64,000 nucleotides of DNA, from contig RHPI01000560.1 of the NCBI GenBank assembly GCA_009103225.1, positions 231,465 to 295,464 on the forward strand. Reading direction: 5' to 3'. Positions 13,013-25,310 of this stretch are shown here, piece by piece (positions within the stretch are counted from its first letter, which is position 1; every line of letters starts with the position of its first letter). The position numbers and the translations under genes were made by a program. The DNA is from Chlorokybus atmophyticus. Lineage: Eukaryota; Plantae; Mesostigma and Chlorokybus algae. The notes under the pieces were generated by a model. That model was not told where the DNA came from. It worked only from the letters and a program-made list of their open reading frames with translations, and did no database searches.

Positions 13013-14554
13013 ACCACCGGGCTATATATACAGGTTTTCAGGTACGAGGTGCCTCTTGCATCTTTTGTACACTAAGGTGCTGTTTCTCCAAGCTCATGCA
13101 AAATTATTCAAGGCATGCACACATCAATGGCGGAACTGTACACAAGATGCGGAGTGCCATGGCCCACATTGAATGTGCTGGCATGCAATGGCCCACAATG
13201 AAACACCACGAGACTCCCTTGTACTGTACTTGTGGGCTTGCTTAGTGACGAGTCTGCACTGCAGGCCACTTGTGCATGGTGCCTGTGGTGTTGGATGCAA
13301 GGCAATGCATCCAACCCAACCCTGCAGTCACGCAGTTTACTACTTGGGTATTGCGAGCATATGAATACATCAGCCCATGTGGGCAGGTAATTGACACTAT
13401 TACGCATTTAGTTAATAGGATGTGCCATGCGCAAATATGCATAAAGTTTATATCATAGGGCAAAGAAGCAGTCCAAATGCACAACAAGCAGCAAGCAAAC
13501 TAGGCACAAAGCTACAAACACTATTTCAACAACATCGTCACACCAAGCTACGTATTGTCATCCCTGCCTACACTGCACAAGCATACTCACACGCATGCCA
13601 GCGGCATGCAACAAAGACAGGCAAGAGCAACACTTCAATTCTCACTAGGGCTTCACAACTATGTGCACCACATGCACTATGTGCTCTAGACGGGGCGGGG
13701 CAGTAGGATGCAGTGACAAGCAGCAATCGAGAACCAACCAACCAACCAATCAACCTGAGCACACATGCACATGCGTAAGGTAGAAACCCAGGAGAGCGGC
13801 GCAGGAGCAACAGCAATAACAAGGCGTGAGGGTGCAGGGTGGGAAGGCGAGTGTGCTGTGCGTGGCTGTGCAAATGGGTTGCAACACCGCCACTGCTGCT
13901 TGTCCCGAGTCCTTGCTTGGGCAGCCGCTGCAGGTGACTCGCCCCACGGAGGAGGCGGACGTTACAATAGCAGGGACGATTGCTAGCACATGTTAGGGGG
14001 CCATGAGTAGCCTGATTGCTGTCCTTGCTGCCGTGCATGTAGTTGGTGGCTAGGTACGGACATGATGTACGTTGTGCTCGCGTTTTTGTTAATGCCAATG
14101 GTGTTTGATGGGGCAGCATGCATGTATAGGCTTTCCGGTGGTTCTGATACAATTGAGCTCAACCCCCCCTCCCCCCCCCCCACACACACAACACACACGT
14201 AGGCAGCAGCAAAGCATTAGTAAGGCATTGGCAAGGGCATGGTGAGCTATGTGCTTGCAGCTAAGTGCACGAGCGGGGTGAGGGCGTGGGGCAGAGCAGC
14301 AAGCATCAAGCAGGGTACAACTTAGCCGAGCTGAGCAACAAGCGCTCAAGGTTAGGCAGGTGTTGTGGTAGAGGGGGGGGTAGAGCAGGCCGCAGCAAGG
14401 TAGGGCAGCAGCAGCAGGCAACGGGTTGGCGAGAAGGGCGGGGATGCTGTGCTGTGCTGTCCGTGAATGGCAAAGTTGTATGTGTATAATTGGGAGGTCT
14501 AGAATAGTGCTAGTGCATTACGTATAAACTAGCACTGTGTAACAGCCCGGTGGT
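13013..14554. mobile_element. Putative non-autonomous element bounded by inverted 11-mers ACCACCGGGCT...AGCCCGGTGGT
   Basis: Exact inverted copies at 13013-13023 and 14544-14554. The interior is non-coding and low-complexity, and shares GAGTCACCTGCAGCGGCTGCCC (13919-13940, minus strand) with 3481-3503. No target-site duplication seen. Confidence 0.4.
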
Positions 14555-15107
14555 CGTGTGTAAGAGATAGTATGCTAGATTATTGGTGTATATGAACATG
14601 CTTGCATGTTGGTTGGTCTGCAACTGTGTGCGTCATGCATGCCTATAACTGCCACGCGCATATCCTGTGCGCTGCTTATGTGCTGCAGGTATGACTCAAT
14701 TTGTGCATGCTTGTATGACTAATGGGATTGGGAAGTTGGCCACCCCGTGGTTTGAAGGGTGTATGGTATGCTGCTGTTCGATGGCATGTCAGCATGGTTG
14801 GTGAGTGGCCTTGCGTACATGTGATGCTGCATCCCATATACACGAAATTCCCATAGCATTAATTAAACACCGCTGGCAAGCCAGCAAGCTAGCTAGCAGA
14901 TCGAACATGCACATCAACTGCCATGGAAACTGGTCTGCGGGACATGCGGGCCAAACTGGAAGCATTTTACATTTACACAATAGATACATCACAAGGGGAC
15001 TGGCCTTACACAATGGCAACTACAGTCCGTTGGCTACCACAGCCAATCACTTATTTACACCACACTAATATCAGGTAACACAAGTTGACCAATGCACACA
15101 GGTTGTC

Positions 15108-17084
15108 TCAGGATGCGCGCCGCACTCTGCGTCCTTGAGGACGAGATCGCCTGCACCTGCGGGTGCGCAAAGGATCCAGCCTGCGAGGCCGCCTGCTGCC
15201 GGATACTCGCAGCGACGCTGGCTGTGAAGGACGGACGCGGAAGCTCAATGCAAGCTTGACCGCTAAATGGTCTGAAGGCAACAACGGCTGCTGCTTCACT
15301 GCCTCATAATCCTTCTCACTTCCTCCGCTGGCTGACGGGACGGGCAGCAGAGCGGACAGGAAAAAGAGGGACAACAGGCAGTGAACACGCTGGGTGGGTT
15401 GAGGTGGCGTAGACTCCGACTGCAGGGAGCCTGCATAGCGTAACAGGGCAAGGAGGACATACTATAAGTGTCCTGGGGGAGCGCTCATACAAGGAATAAT
15501 CCAAGGCTAGCAGCTAGACTTATGCAAGGTGTAGATCGCAGCTAGTTTCTGTACAATAGTCAGGGATGATGATATATCACAAGAACAGGAGTAGTGAACC
15601 TCTCAGCCAAAACGCTGGCCAGGTCGCCGCTCAGGAGCGAAATAAAAAACAGCTCCCAGCAAAGAGTGCTGATGGCTAGCGATGTCGCCTGGCTATCGCT
15701 GTATATCTCGCCGAGGACGGAGCTGCTGCGCTCGTCCAGACATTGTTGAAGGGTCAGGGCAGTCAGCATGTTCTATGAATGAGAACAGCTGCCAGCGCCT
15801 GACAGAAATGTTATGACAGAAGATGCATCCAGGGCATTGACGCAGCATTGAGCTCCCGGCCATGGCAGGCAACGGCAGCCGCAACACCTTCCGGCTCAGC
15901 AGGCTCAGCGAGCCGTGTGAAAATTTCGGCCAGCGTCTCAGCATGCGTCACAGACCGAGAGGACAGCGGCTTACCACGCGTGAGCGCTGCAGGCTCCGCC
16001 ACCACACCCCCATTGTTGCCTTTGGTGGTGCCGTTAGGGGATGGGCTTGAGGATGTTGAGGCCGCTGCCGTGCGATACCGTTTCAGCTCCTCAAGGAGTG
16101 CCTGCTTTTCCAGGTTCCTGTACACAACATGCTTGGTTGGTACGTGCTGACAGAATTGACTGCAACAAACCACTCAGAACACTTGCTCCAAAATTTGAGA
16201 CACAAGCATGCATCACATGCCAGTACCTTAAGCCCAGATGATAGTTCAGGTGCTGGTTGGCTCGTTCCAACTCTTGCACCTTCACTTGGAGCTGCGCGAA
16301 GACGCTCTTCTTGCGCTCCCTTGACAGAGAAGCAGACTCGCGGTTGCGGATCAAGCTGCAACATCAGTCCAATCAGTTTGCATGGCCAGACCCATGACGA
16401 TTCTCAAACGCAATGTAACATTGTGCTGCGCAATTGCGACGTTAGCCAACTGCAGCAAATAACCAATGAGCAGGAAGCCTTGCCAAAGCAAACAGCAGCA
16501 CACGCAAATACCACGTACCGCTTCTGGCGTTTCATCGCTTCGTCATCCAGCCCCTCATCAACTGAAGGTGCTGGCGAGGCGGGCACTATTGGTTGAGGCG
16601 CAACAGGCATTGAGGCAGGGTCACGCAGAGCCAATGGACGCTTGCGCTGCTGCGGGGTTGGAGGAGGGGCAAGCAGCAAGGGTTGCGTGCCCAACTGCAC
16701 TGGAGCTGCGGCTGCTGCGGCTGCTGCGGCTGGAGCCGGTGCTGGTGCCAGTTTAGGCATGAATTGGTGTTCCCATTGTGGCATACTGCTGGTGGCGACG
16801 TCGTCGGCGACATGCTCCACGTCAAGCTTGGCCGGGACCTTTAGGGCAGAAGATACCTCCGGCGACTCAGCGCTGGAAGTTTTGGGTTCATCGCAGCTGG
16901 CGAGGCCGGGCACGGGCCCGTCAAACAGAAGCTCCAGGAAGTTGTCCTCCACGGCAGCCTCCTCGTCCACCTTCAGCGCAGGCGGTACCCCAAGGTCGCC
17001 TGCCGCCGCGCTGCTCAGGAAAGCAATCTCATCAATGAAGTCCATGTCCAGGTCGCCCAACACACCCAGATCCTCCACCGCCAT
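15108..17084 (-). CDS. bZIP60: bZIP60/XBP1/HAC1-like ER-stress transcription factor; exons 17084-16519, 16355-16227, 16117-15975, 3' exons uncertain
   Basis: Acidic N-terminus; basic region KRQKR|LIRNRESASLSRERKK; leucine zipper; EPAAL box; downstream hydrophobic segments (TSLAISTLCWELFFISLL and VHCLLSLFFLSALL); terminal RRCRRSRP resembling the land-plant bZIP60 C-terminus. The ORF-track start at 17180 is GTG; the first ATG is at 17084. Confidence 0.75.
15978..15999 (-). promoter_or_regulatory. IRE1-type cleavage stem-loop (7-nt loop CUG|CAGC)
   Basis: The minus strand reads GCG-GAGC-[CTGCAGC]-GCTC-A-CGC: a 7-bp stem with one bulge around the CNG|CAG loop consensus, at the EPA codons. Confidence 0.7.
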
Positions 17085-17363
17085 GTGGCTGCTACCGCCT
17101 TCCTCCACAATGACTAGTGTTGAGTCGCCGCCGCCGCCTACGGCTGCCGCCGCCGCCGCCGTTGCCCACAAGGGCGACACTGCTACTGCTTGCGATGCAA
17201 ACCTCCAGACTCACATCCCTCAAACGCAGCTGCACTAACTGAGTTGCGCCAACCGTACCCGGACTGTACCAGCTGAACCAGCGGATCCGGCGGTTTGAAA
17301 CCCCCGGTTCTGATTTTCAACGCTGGCAAAATCAATCCAGACAACAAGGACCGAGCTCAATCC

Positions 17364-17381
17364 GTACGTCACGTGACGTAC
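17364..17381. promoter_or_regulatory. Perfect 18-bp palindrome containing CACGTG and TGACGT bZIP sites
   Basis: GTACGTCAC|GTGACGTAC, about 280 bp upstream of the bZIP ATG. Confidence 0.6.
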
Positions 17382-17494
17382 AGTGTACAATGCACGCCAC
17401 GGTTAGGGTACAGTACATCTGCAGTACACTCAGCGTGTACACCGCAAGGCATTGTGCCCGGCCTGCTGACTGGCAACTAACGCGGCGGCAGTGG

Positions 17495-17513
17495 CCAATG
17501 AGGTGCGTACACG
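17495..17513 (+). promoter_or_regulatory. ER-stress response element, plant ERSE-I consensus CCAAT-N10-CACG
   Basis: CCAAT-GAGGTGCGTA-CACG is an exact match; a second CCAAT lies at 17522. Confidence 0.65.
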
Positions 17514-17749
17514 AGCGGTGGCCAATAGCAATGCGCCAGCTGCTGCTGCCACTCACTGCACCGAACCCGCCAAATTTCTACGCGAGGTGGATTGTAGGTA
17601 CATGGCAGCCTACAATCTGTAGGTGTAGGAGACAGGTAGGCCCTTCACATTGTGCCGTGCTTGATGACTCTGATAGCCCCCCCCCGCCTTCCTTGTGTGA
17701 AAGGTTGTTGATTGTTGTGACACTGTGGCGCCCCTTCGACATTTGAATA

Positions 17750-18720
17750 TATGGTCAACCTTTACCTCTGACAAGAACACTACATGACATCTTGAGGTTT
17801 ACTCAACGTAGAGGCATCAAGGAAGTAGCAATTGGACATTGCAAAGCGATTATAAGGGTTTAAAACGTGCCCAAAGTCCATTAATGTGTATAATCTTATG
17901 ATATGTGCATTGTATTGATCTAGCAGATAAGAAGGTCATCAACACGTCAACGTGACTGTTGTCAACCACTGTAACGCGATGTTAGGCCGACGTGCAATTG
18001 TTCATGACATTGTTAACAACAACCAATAGTAGGTTTGCAGCATGTTAACAATAGCCGTTCAACTTGCAACAATGCATAATCGTAAATGATTGTATCAACA
18101 ATGTATAATTGTAAATGCTTGCACATTCAAGCACGCACATATATGCGGTTTATAAATGATTACACTACTATGATAATAGCACAACGTCTTGCATCATGAC
18201 ACCTGTGACAAGAATGTAACTTTATGCTGCAAACTTGTAAATTATAACGTGTAGACATACAATTTATTGACGAATGACTATGTATATCACCGTTTAAGTA
18301 TGAGCTCTCTGGTCTTATGCCATACACAATTGGCATTTGCAAGGATGCATCACGTTTGCAAGCCCAATCAATGCGATTGACAATACATGGCGCATGCTGC
18401 ACCATTGCAACAAACTCATTCGCATGTAATCTAATTACAAATATTGCTAATTACAAGTAATAATCGCGCTCGACACCAACCAACTTTTCTAACCAAGCAT
18501 GCACCGCTTGAATCTTTGTTGATGCGACATGAGAACATCACATTTCCTATGTGCATACTATGTGCATACTATTAGAGACAAGACTGCTTTTATAACTATT
18601 GACTTGTGTTACCCGCATGTTAGCTTGGATGACTAGATGCACAAACATATTACATACAACTAGATAAGTACAATGGTTGCTATGTTCGGACAGAGCAATA
18701 GCGACACCTATCAGGACATC
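17750..18720. other. Second AT-rich non-coding island
   Basis: AT-rich and CpG-poor. Contains an imperfect 29-bp tandem duplication (about 18068-18125) whose copies differ mostly by C/T transitions. Confidence 0.55.
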
Positions 18721-18731
18721 AACGACCACTT

Positions 18732-20550
18732 TCAGGCGAGCAGGCCGTTGCGGTAGTCGCTGAATGCCTGCGCCACCTCTGAGTTGGTATTCATGACAAA
18801 TGGCCCTTTCTGCACAACGGGTTCCTTGATGGGTTTGCCTGCAAAGAACACACAGCGCAGGTCTTCACTGCCATCACTCGCAATGGCGAACCTGTCTTCC
18901 CGCCCAGCATCACTTCCACTTGGGTTCAACACGACAACATCATCGCATGCCACGGTCTCGCCGTTGATAGCGCCCTTGCCAGCAAACACATATGCAATAG
19001 CATTGTGCGTTGACGGGATATTGAAGTCTAGTTGGCTGCCTGCTGCCACGCGTGCATCAAACGCAATGGTGTTATCAATGTACGTCTTGGTGCTGGACTG
19101 CACCCCACCAATGCGTCCTGCCCAAACATGAGCTTTGGCGAGGCCCCCGTCGCTCTCAATCACTGGCATGTCCTTGTTACGAATGTCCTTTGAAACAGAC
19201 AGCGCACATTCTGAGCAACAACACACATGCGCGTAATGTCATGAAGTCCCACCGTTGCATGCATCACAATGCAGCTGGCATTCGTGCCACAAAAACACCT
19301 TGGTAGAGGTGACTAATACGCGCACACGTCCAATTGTTGCGGTACCTGGTAGCGAGGCTGGCACATTTTGTGCTCGCGAGGCAGGTTGAGCCACAGCTGC
19401 ATGGAGTGTGCGACAGCGGGTCCATGAGGGTGTTCTGCATGCACAATGCCCTGTCCACAGGTGTGTGAGGCCAGTCAGCATTGATACTCACTGCTTGCGC
19501 TAATGTTGTTGCGTGATTCATTGCAACTGCCTGCCTTTCCAGCTGTCATCCACTGGATGTCTCCTGCCTGCATGGCAAGCGCAGCAGCAAGCACACCGTT
19601 AGCACTTGCCATGTGCCCGCACATAACCAACTGAAGCATTCAACCCGCTGACCTCCAGGACGCCCTGGTTGCCTCTTGAGTCTTTGTGCTTGCAAGTTCC
19701 GTCAACGACAAAAGTTACGGTCTCAAACCCGCGATGCGGGTGGGAGTCAAATCCTGAACCATTTGGATTGCCCTCCTGCATCCAGTCTTCCGCCATCATC
19801 AAGAATGGGTCGTACAGCTCCCAGTTGCCCTGGAGTCAGTAAAAACCAGTTGTCAGCATGAGTGTGCACAAGCAACAGGCCCAGACACCAGTCACGCCAA
19901 GAACAGAGCTTAGGACAGCAATCTCAACATGCAAATCCTGTCCTGCCAAAACAGTGCTGGACACTCGCATCGCGAACAGCAAGCAGCAGGTATATGCCCA
20001 TCCGACCGTTTGCACCGGCAGTCAGCTGTGCAAAGGTCGCATTTCTAGCTACTGGCTGCTAGTCTGTAAATGTCAGCTGGCTTGATTGGCGATGACTGAT
20101 ATTACCGGAGACAATAAATGCAGCTGTTACTACCGCATTCATGGATGCCAGAAAGAGGACTCAATCGCAGTTTGCAGTGGCTCTCACGCATGGCCAAGGT
20201 ACATTACAAGTTGTGGGGTTTTCTTGTAAAACACTGCATGCCAGCCACAGACGCGACAAGCGCACGATTGTCATCAGCATGCAGCAAGCAGCCACTCTTA
20301 CCGGAAACAGCACGATGTTTTTCTTGAAGGCCTGCCCATTGGCCTCATCAATCTGCATAACCTTGAACTTCTTCGTCACCGCGCGGTTGTGTGAAGGAGC
20401 GGCGGCGGTGGTTGCCATTGCAAGGCGTAACTTGCTGCTGTACCTGTGCGCCTGTCTCCCAGCAGCAGGCAAAGGAGAAGAGGAGCGTCCAAGCCGCAGC
20501 CTCGCAAGAGAAGAAGCAGCTGAAGCAGGCGGCAAAACCAACTTCAGCAT
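18732..20550 (-). CDS. Pirin-family (bicupin) protein with N-terminal organelle transit peptide
   Basis: YDPFLMMAED...GFDSHPHRGFETVT...KHKDSRGNQGVL|AGDIQWMTAGK|GIVHAE...MQLWLNLP...PRYQ|...FFAGKPIKEPVVQKGPFVMNT. One intron (19534..19451) has a GC donor. Confidence 0.95.
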
Positions 20551-20910
20551 TCGGGCCTGCAGCACAGCAAGCAGCCGACTGCTTGCAATAAACGCAACGA
20601 CAGCAGCACACAAGTAATTTGCCTCCGCGCACGCCCCTCAAAACAGCAGCTCTGGCAGGACGCCACGCAGCCTGAAGCAAGCTGCTATTTATATTCTCTG
20701 TGCTTCAACGACCAGCCAGGCAGCTGACTACTGCCTTGAATGGAAATTCCACGGATTCCTCGGAAGATCCCCCAAAACCACCGACACTACCAAGTGCTTT
20801 AACGCAATACCGGTACAAAATGATTGCAATCAGTGAGCAGCATAAGTTTTCGAGGTTTGAGGGTGAAGTAACGCTTCAAAGTTCTACGGCTGTATTGCAT
20901 GCTGGCAGCC

Positions 20911-22611
20911 ATGGCAGCGGCGGCGGTGCCGATCAGCGGCGGCGCCGCCTCGGTGGCGTTGTCGGTGTCCGTGTGGCGGCCGCTTTGCTTGCCGAGACGA
21001 CCGTCTGCTTCTGTGCCTTGCAGGTGTCTTGCATCTCGGAAGGGCCAAGCTTATGCTTGGCGCAGTGCCTCAGGTTAGCCTGGCCCTGGTGCAGATTGAT
21101 GCAAATGTCGATGGGTTGTATTTGAGTGAGTTTATATATTGAGCACATGACGAGTAGCCAAGCATGCGAGAACATTGTGCCTTACCCTCTTACTTCGTGC
21201 TGTTGTTGTTGCTTCCATTGCACATGCTGCTGCACAGTAATGAGATTTGCCGTGGCTTCCGGAAAGTGCATTGCTCGTGAGATTTTCACCAATTACGCTC
21301 GTGACTCTGTTAGTGTGCTGCATTGGCTTTGACGGAAGTGAGTTTGGACAATGCTTGCAGCAATGACGACCGGCGCACGTTCTGGCAGCAAACAGATTCT
21401 GTTACTAGATGTAATGAGCACTCTTGTCCGAGACCCGTTTTACGAAGACATGCCACGATTTTTGCGGTGCGTAAGTCAGATTGGGTTGCTGAAGACCATG
21501 CCACACACTGATCATGTGTACTGACTGCAAAAGCAATGCAGATTATCTTTCAAAGAACTCCTAGCTGCCAAACATCCGACAGCTTGGATAGAGTTTGAGA
21601 AGGGACACATTGACGAGGTAGGCAAGTGCTGGTTCTTGCACTGCTTGACGCGCAACCACAAGTCATGACGATTAGCCAAAGCTCATAGCAGTCACATCTG
21701 CTGTTCCAGGTCCATGCAAGCTGATCATGTGAGCGTGTGGGTCAGGCAAGAATGTTCGCAATGTTTTTCAAAGATGGTCGCGAGTTTGACAGCCAAGGTG
21801 AGCCTGCATATGTACATGTAGCAAACAGCAATGCTGTTGAGCGTTCTGGTTGAAGTTTGCATGTTGTCACGGCAGTTCTAACTCACTTTGATACACTCAG
21901 GGTTAAAGGACTGCATGCGCGCGGGGTACAGATGGTTAGATGGCTGCGAAAGCATATTGCAGCAGCTCAAACGACAGGACTGCAACATGCATGCTTTCTC
22001 CAACTACCCAGTATGGTGAGTTGCTCATGCTAGCATACTTGACAAATACTTCACCTCTCTTGTTGCATGTTCAGGTCCAAAACTCGTGCATAATCTGAGC
22101 AGGTACATGATGATTGAGGAGAAACTGCAGCTCTCTCAGTATCTTCCATGGTCTTTTGTTTCTTGCCACATAGGTCAGTAGCAGCTCCAATGACCTGCTG
22201 TTGGCTTGTCTGATTTTCGGCTGATATCATGTATGGTGCACATGTCATAGGCTATCGTAAGCCGGAGCGCAACGTGTTTCAGTACATCATCAACAAGCTC
22301 GGGGTGCATCCGGAGGATTGCTGCCTTGTTGATGACAGGTGAGCAGGTTGGATGTGCAACGACACTCTACAGACAACAGGGATTGCATCATCAAGCTTGC
22401 TGTAAAGACAATACGGTGATGTTTTCCAAAACTGATTGGAAACATTCGCGTGTTGCTAAGTCGCCTATGCATTGGCAGTGTCAGGAATACAGACGCAGCA
22501 CGAGATTTCGGCATGCGCGCCATCCAGTTCCAGGATGCCAACCAGCTGGCTCTGGACTTGCAAAAGGAGGGATTCCTCGCAGAGGCAGTTGGCACTGAGC
22601 ATAGAGGATAG
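20911..22611 (+). CDS. FHY1: Chloroplast HAD-family FMN hydrolase (AtcpFHy1-like)
   Basis: Exons give QILLLDVMSTLVRDPFYEDMPRF, KHPTAWIEFEKG, GLKDCMRAGY...HAFSNYPVW|YMMIEEKLQLSQYLPWSFVSC, GYRKPE...LGVHPEDCCLVDDR and N..AARDFGMRAIQF. First-exon splicing is uncertain. Confidence 0.9.
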
Positions 22612-22813
22612 AACTTGCACTTGTAGCCCACAGGTTACACCTGTCCAGCGCAGGGTTCTGATGCCTGAATGCATTATACACTTGATCGCAGTGTTGCATT
22701 GTAGCAAGGATGACTGCATATGACATGGCGTGCACGTCTGTGTGCACCTGTCCACAGCCTGCAGCGTAAACATTTACTGCTTTGACCCTCGCCTTCAGTC
22801 TGACCGACTAGTG

Positions 22814-25310
22814 TCAGCTGGTCTCAGGCTTGACACGGCTTTGCAATGCTTGCAGATTGGAAGGCCCACCCCACAGCGACGCAAACACGTGGTGTTCCTG
22901 ATCAGCCATCATGTAATTAGAAGATTTCCACGAGCACAGGAACATTACATAAGCTGGTGGCAACTCCAATCACACCGCCTCATGACATGTCAAATTATGC
23001 TTTACACCTCTGTACCATGCACAACGGCCCTGTGGGCAGGTGAACGCATATGCCTGCTTGCACGGCTAACCGGGTAGTAGGGGTAGAGTAGTGGGTGAGG
23101 TAGTGAATGAACCGGTGGTTGACAACAGTGTGGTTGGTATGCGTTGTGTCTCTGCATGCTGCTGACTGTGCATGTCACCATGCATGTGCATTGCCGTTTC
23201 GCATTGTTTGTACATTGTGCCAAGCACAGCTACTGCCAATGTTGGGTACCTGCCACACTCAGGTTTAATGGCTGACATGTGTGGGCGACAATGTGCGTTG
23301 GGGGACTCTATCCCAAAAGCAACGCACCTCATCCAACCCGGTGCTCATCGACACGCGGTCCGCCCAACCCGACACCACCGCTTTGCACCCCACAACGGCA
23401 TCAAGAGGATGGTGCAAAATTGGCCTGAAGGCAAGTATCACTGAGCAAACGATACAGATGGTGTTCACATCAAGGGCAAATGCTGAAGAGACACACTCAG
23501 TACTCTCTCGCGCACACACGCACGTACACACACATTACCGCGCAAAGTCGAGTGCTGCTTGCAAAACAGTGCTGCCCCGTGGCGCCACATGATCAGCAAA
23601 CCCCAGCTCCATTGCAGACACTGTGGCCAAAACACATTGCTTGCGAACCATGACAACAACAAAAAATGTCGTATAGTGCGCCGTACATACCTGATTTGAG
23701 TGGGCGCGCCACGCAAAGAAGCTGCAATGCGGCACTCCGGCCCACCAGCTGAACCAAGCGCCCGCCACCACCCCAGCCAGGCTATCGCCATTCAAAATCA
23801 ATCACTGAAGTCGTGTGCATGATGTGATGTGATGAGCATGATACGAGCTATATGCGGGACTCCGCCGAGGAGTTTATCGGCTGGTTGGCAGCTATGGCAC
23901 ACTTACTGTGAGGCCCATTCTGGCGTGGACGAATTGCACCCTTGCATCTTCAGACATCACCCGGAAGTCACACGCAGTCCTGTCATTGCATTGTCATATC
24001 AAACGAGTGCTCTCCCGCTACTACACTCAACGCGCTCGCTGCGTACGTGAGTTCTGCGCCTCCGCCAATGGCATGCCCTTCGATGGCGGCCACGGAGACC
24101 ATGTTGAGGCTCCGTAGACGGTTCAGCTGCAACGTCATGAACGCACCCATGCGCTCCCCCGCCTGACATGTTGGTATGTGTGCAAGCGCTTGCGTACACG
24201 TGAGACACCACCTTGACCAAAACATGTCAGTCTCACTTGCTTGTCGCCGCTCTTCAGCAACGCTGTCGCTAAACGCAAGTCCAGCCCTGAACAGAATGTC
24301 CCCTTCACCCCCGCCACCACCACCACCTACATGCACGTGCACTTGCAGTCATACCTTTCTCTGTGTGCGTGCTTGCATGTACGTGTGCGCTTGAGTCTGT
24401 GTGTGCGACTATGTATGTGTACCTGAGTGCATTGTTGTTTTTAAGCATGCGCAATAGCGTCACACATACCGATGTTGATGTTTGTTGTGTGAGGTGGTCG
24501 ATGGCGTCTGCAAGCTCGGCCATCATCTTGCCAGAGAGCGAATTCTTGCGGGCAGGATTACTGAGAGTCATGATTGACACTTCTGAAGCTGTTGGTTGCG
24601 GCTGGGAGGAAGAGGTTGGAAGCAATAGTGGGAATGGAGGGGACAAGGTCACTGTGCCATCATCGAGTGACGAGGAACGGAAAGCAGAGCGGAGCCACTC
24701 TCGCACCTGTGTGTTGCAGAGACTCGCGTGTCATGTATGCGCATGTGGCTCACATACACGGATACACGGATGTTGGGCACCAAACGCTGTACCTGCGCTG
24801 ACTACAATGCAATGCAAACATGCTGCATTTCACAAGCGTCACAGGCGCTCAGCTGCACTGGAGCACAACCAAAACTGGACACAGTATGTGCAGCGGCACT
24901 ACGCTGGCTGCAAGCACGCGCAGTGTATGGTTAAGTGCAAACCAAGCATGTCACGTGCATGTGGTTGTTGGCCGCAAGCAAGTAAACAAGCAAGCAAGCA
25001 ACTAGCAACTAGCAACTAGCAAATAAGCACGTAAGCAGGCAAGGCAGTCAGCATTTAATGCAGCAACCAAGGAGCAAGCAAGGAGTCATGTAAAGCAGTC
25101 CTGCCTCATGATCTCATGCTTCATCAACACAGTACGCTGGCTTAGTACCTGCAGCTGTTGCTGGGGGTCGGCGGCGAGGGCGGCGAGGGCGGACGGTGGT
25201 GACGACGTCGACCTGCTCGGCGTTGTCGGCAGCGACTCCATCGTCCGCACTCTGATCCCCCACCTGGCCGCCGCCGCCGACGCAGCTGGCAGGCGCCTGA
25301 GCAACGCCAT
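22814..25310 (-). CDS. ECHDC1: Crotonase-fold enzyme most like ethylmalonyl-CoA decarboxylase, with mitochondrial-type presequence
   Basis: [23 protein letters not shown] presequence; MTLSNPARKNSLSGKMM, FCSGLDL, VSVAAIEGHAIGGGAELT, GWGGGGRLVQLVGRSAAL; C-terminal FASLWGGPSN matches the ECHDC1-type WGGP tail. Confidence 0.75.

Noticed and set aside
14489-14531. Hairpin AGTGCTAGT/ACTAGCACT followed by CTAG on the minus strand (Helitron-like 3' end)
   Set aside because: The loop is long and AT-rich, the next base is A rather than T, and no matching TC 5' end was found.
15710-15735. Hairpin GGACGAGC-GCAGCA-GCTCCGTCC as the second IRE1 site
   Set aside because: The loop is 6 or 8 nt and does not place CNG|CNG in a 7-nt loop.
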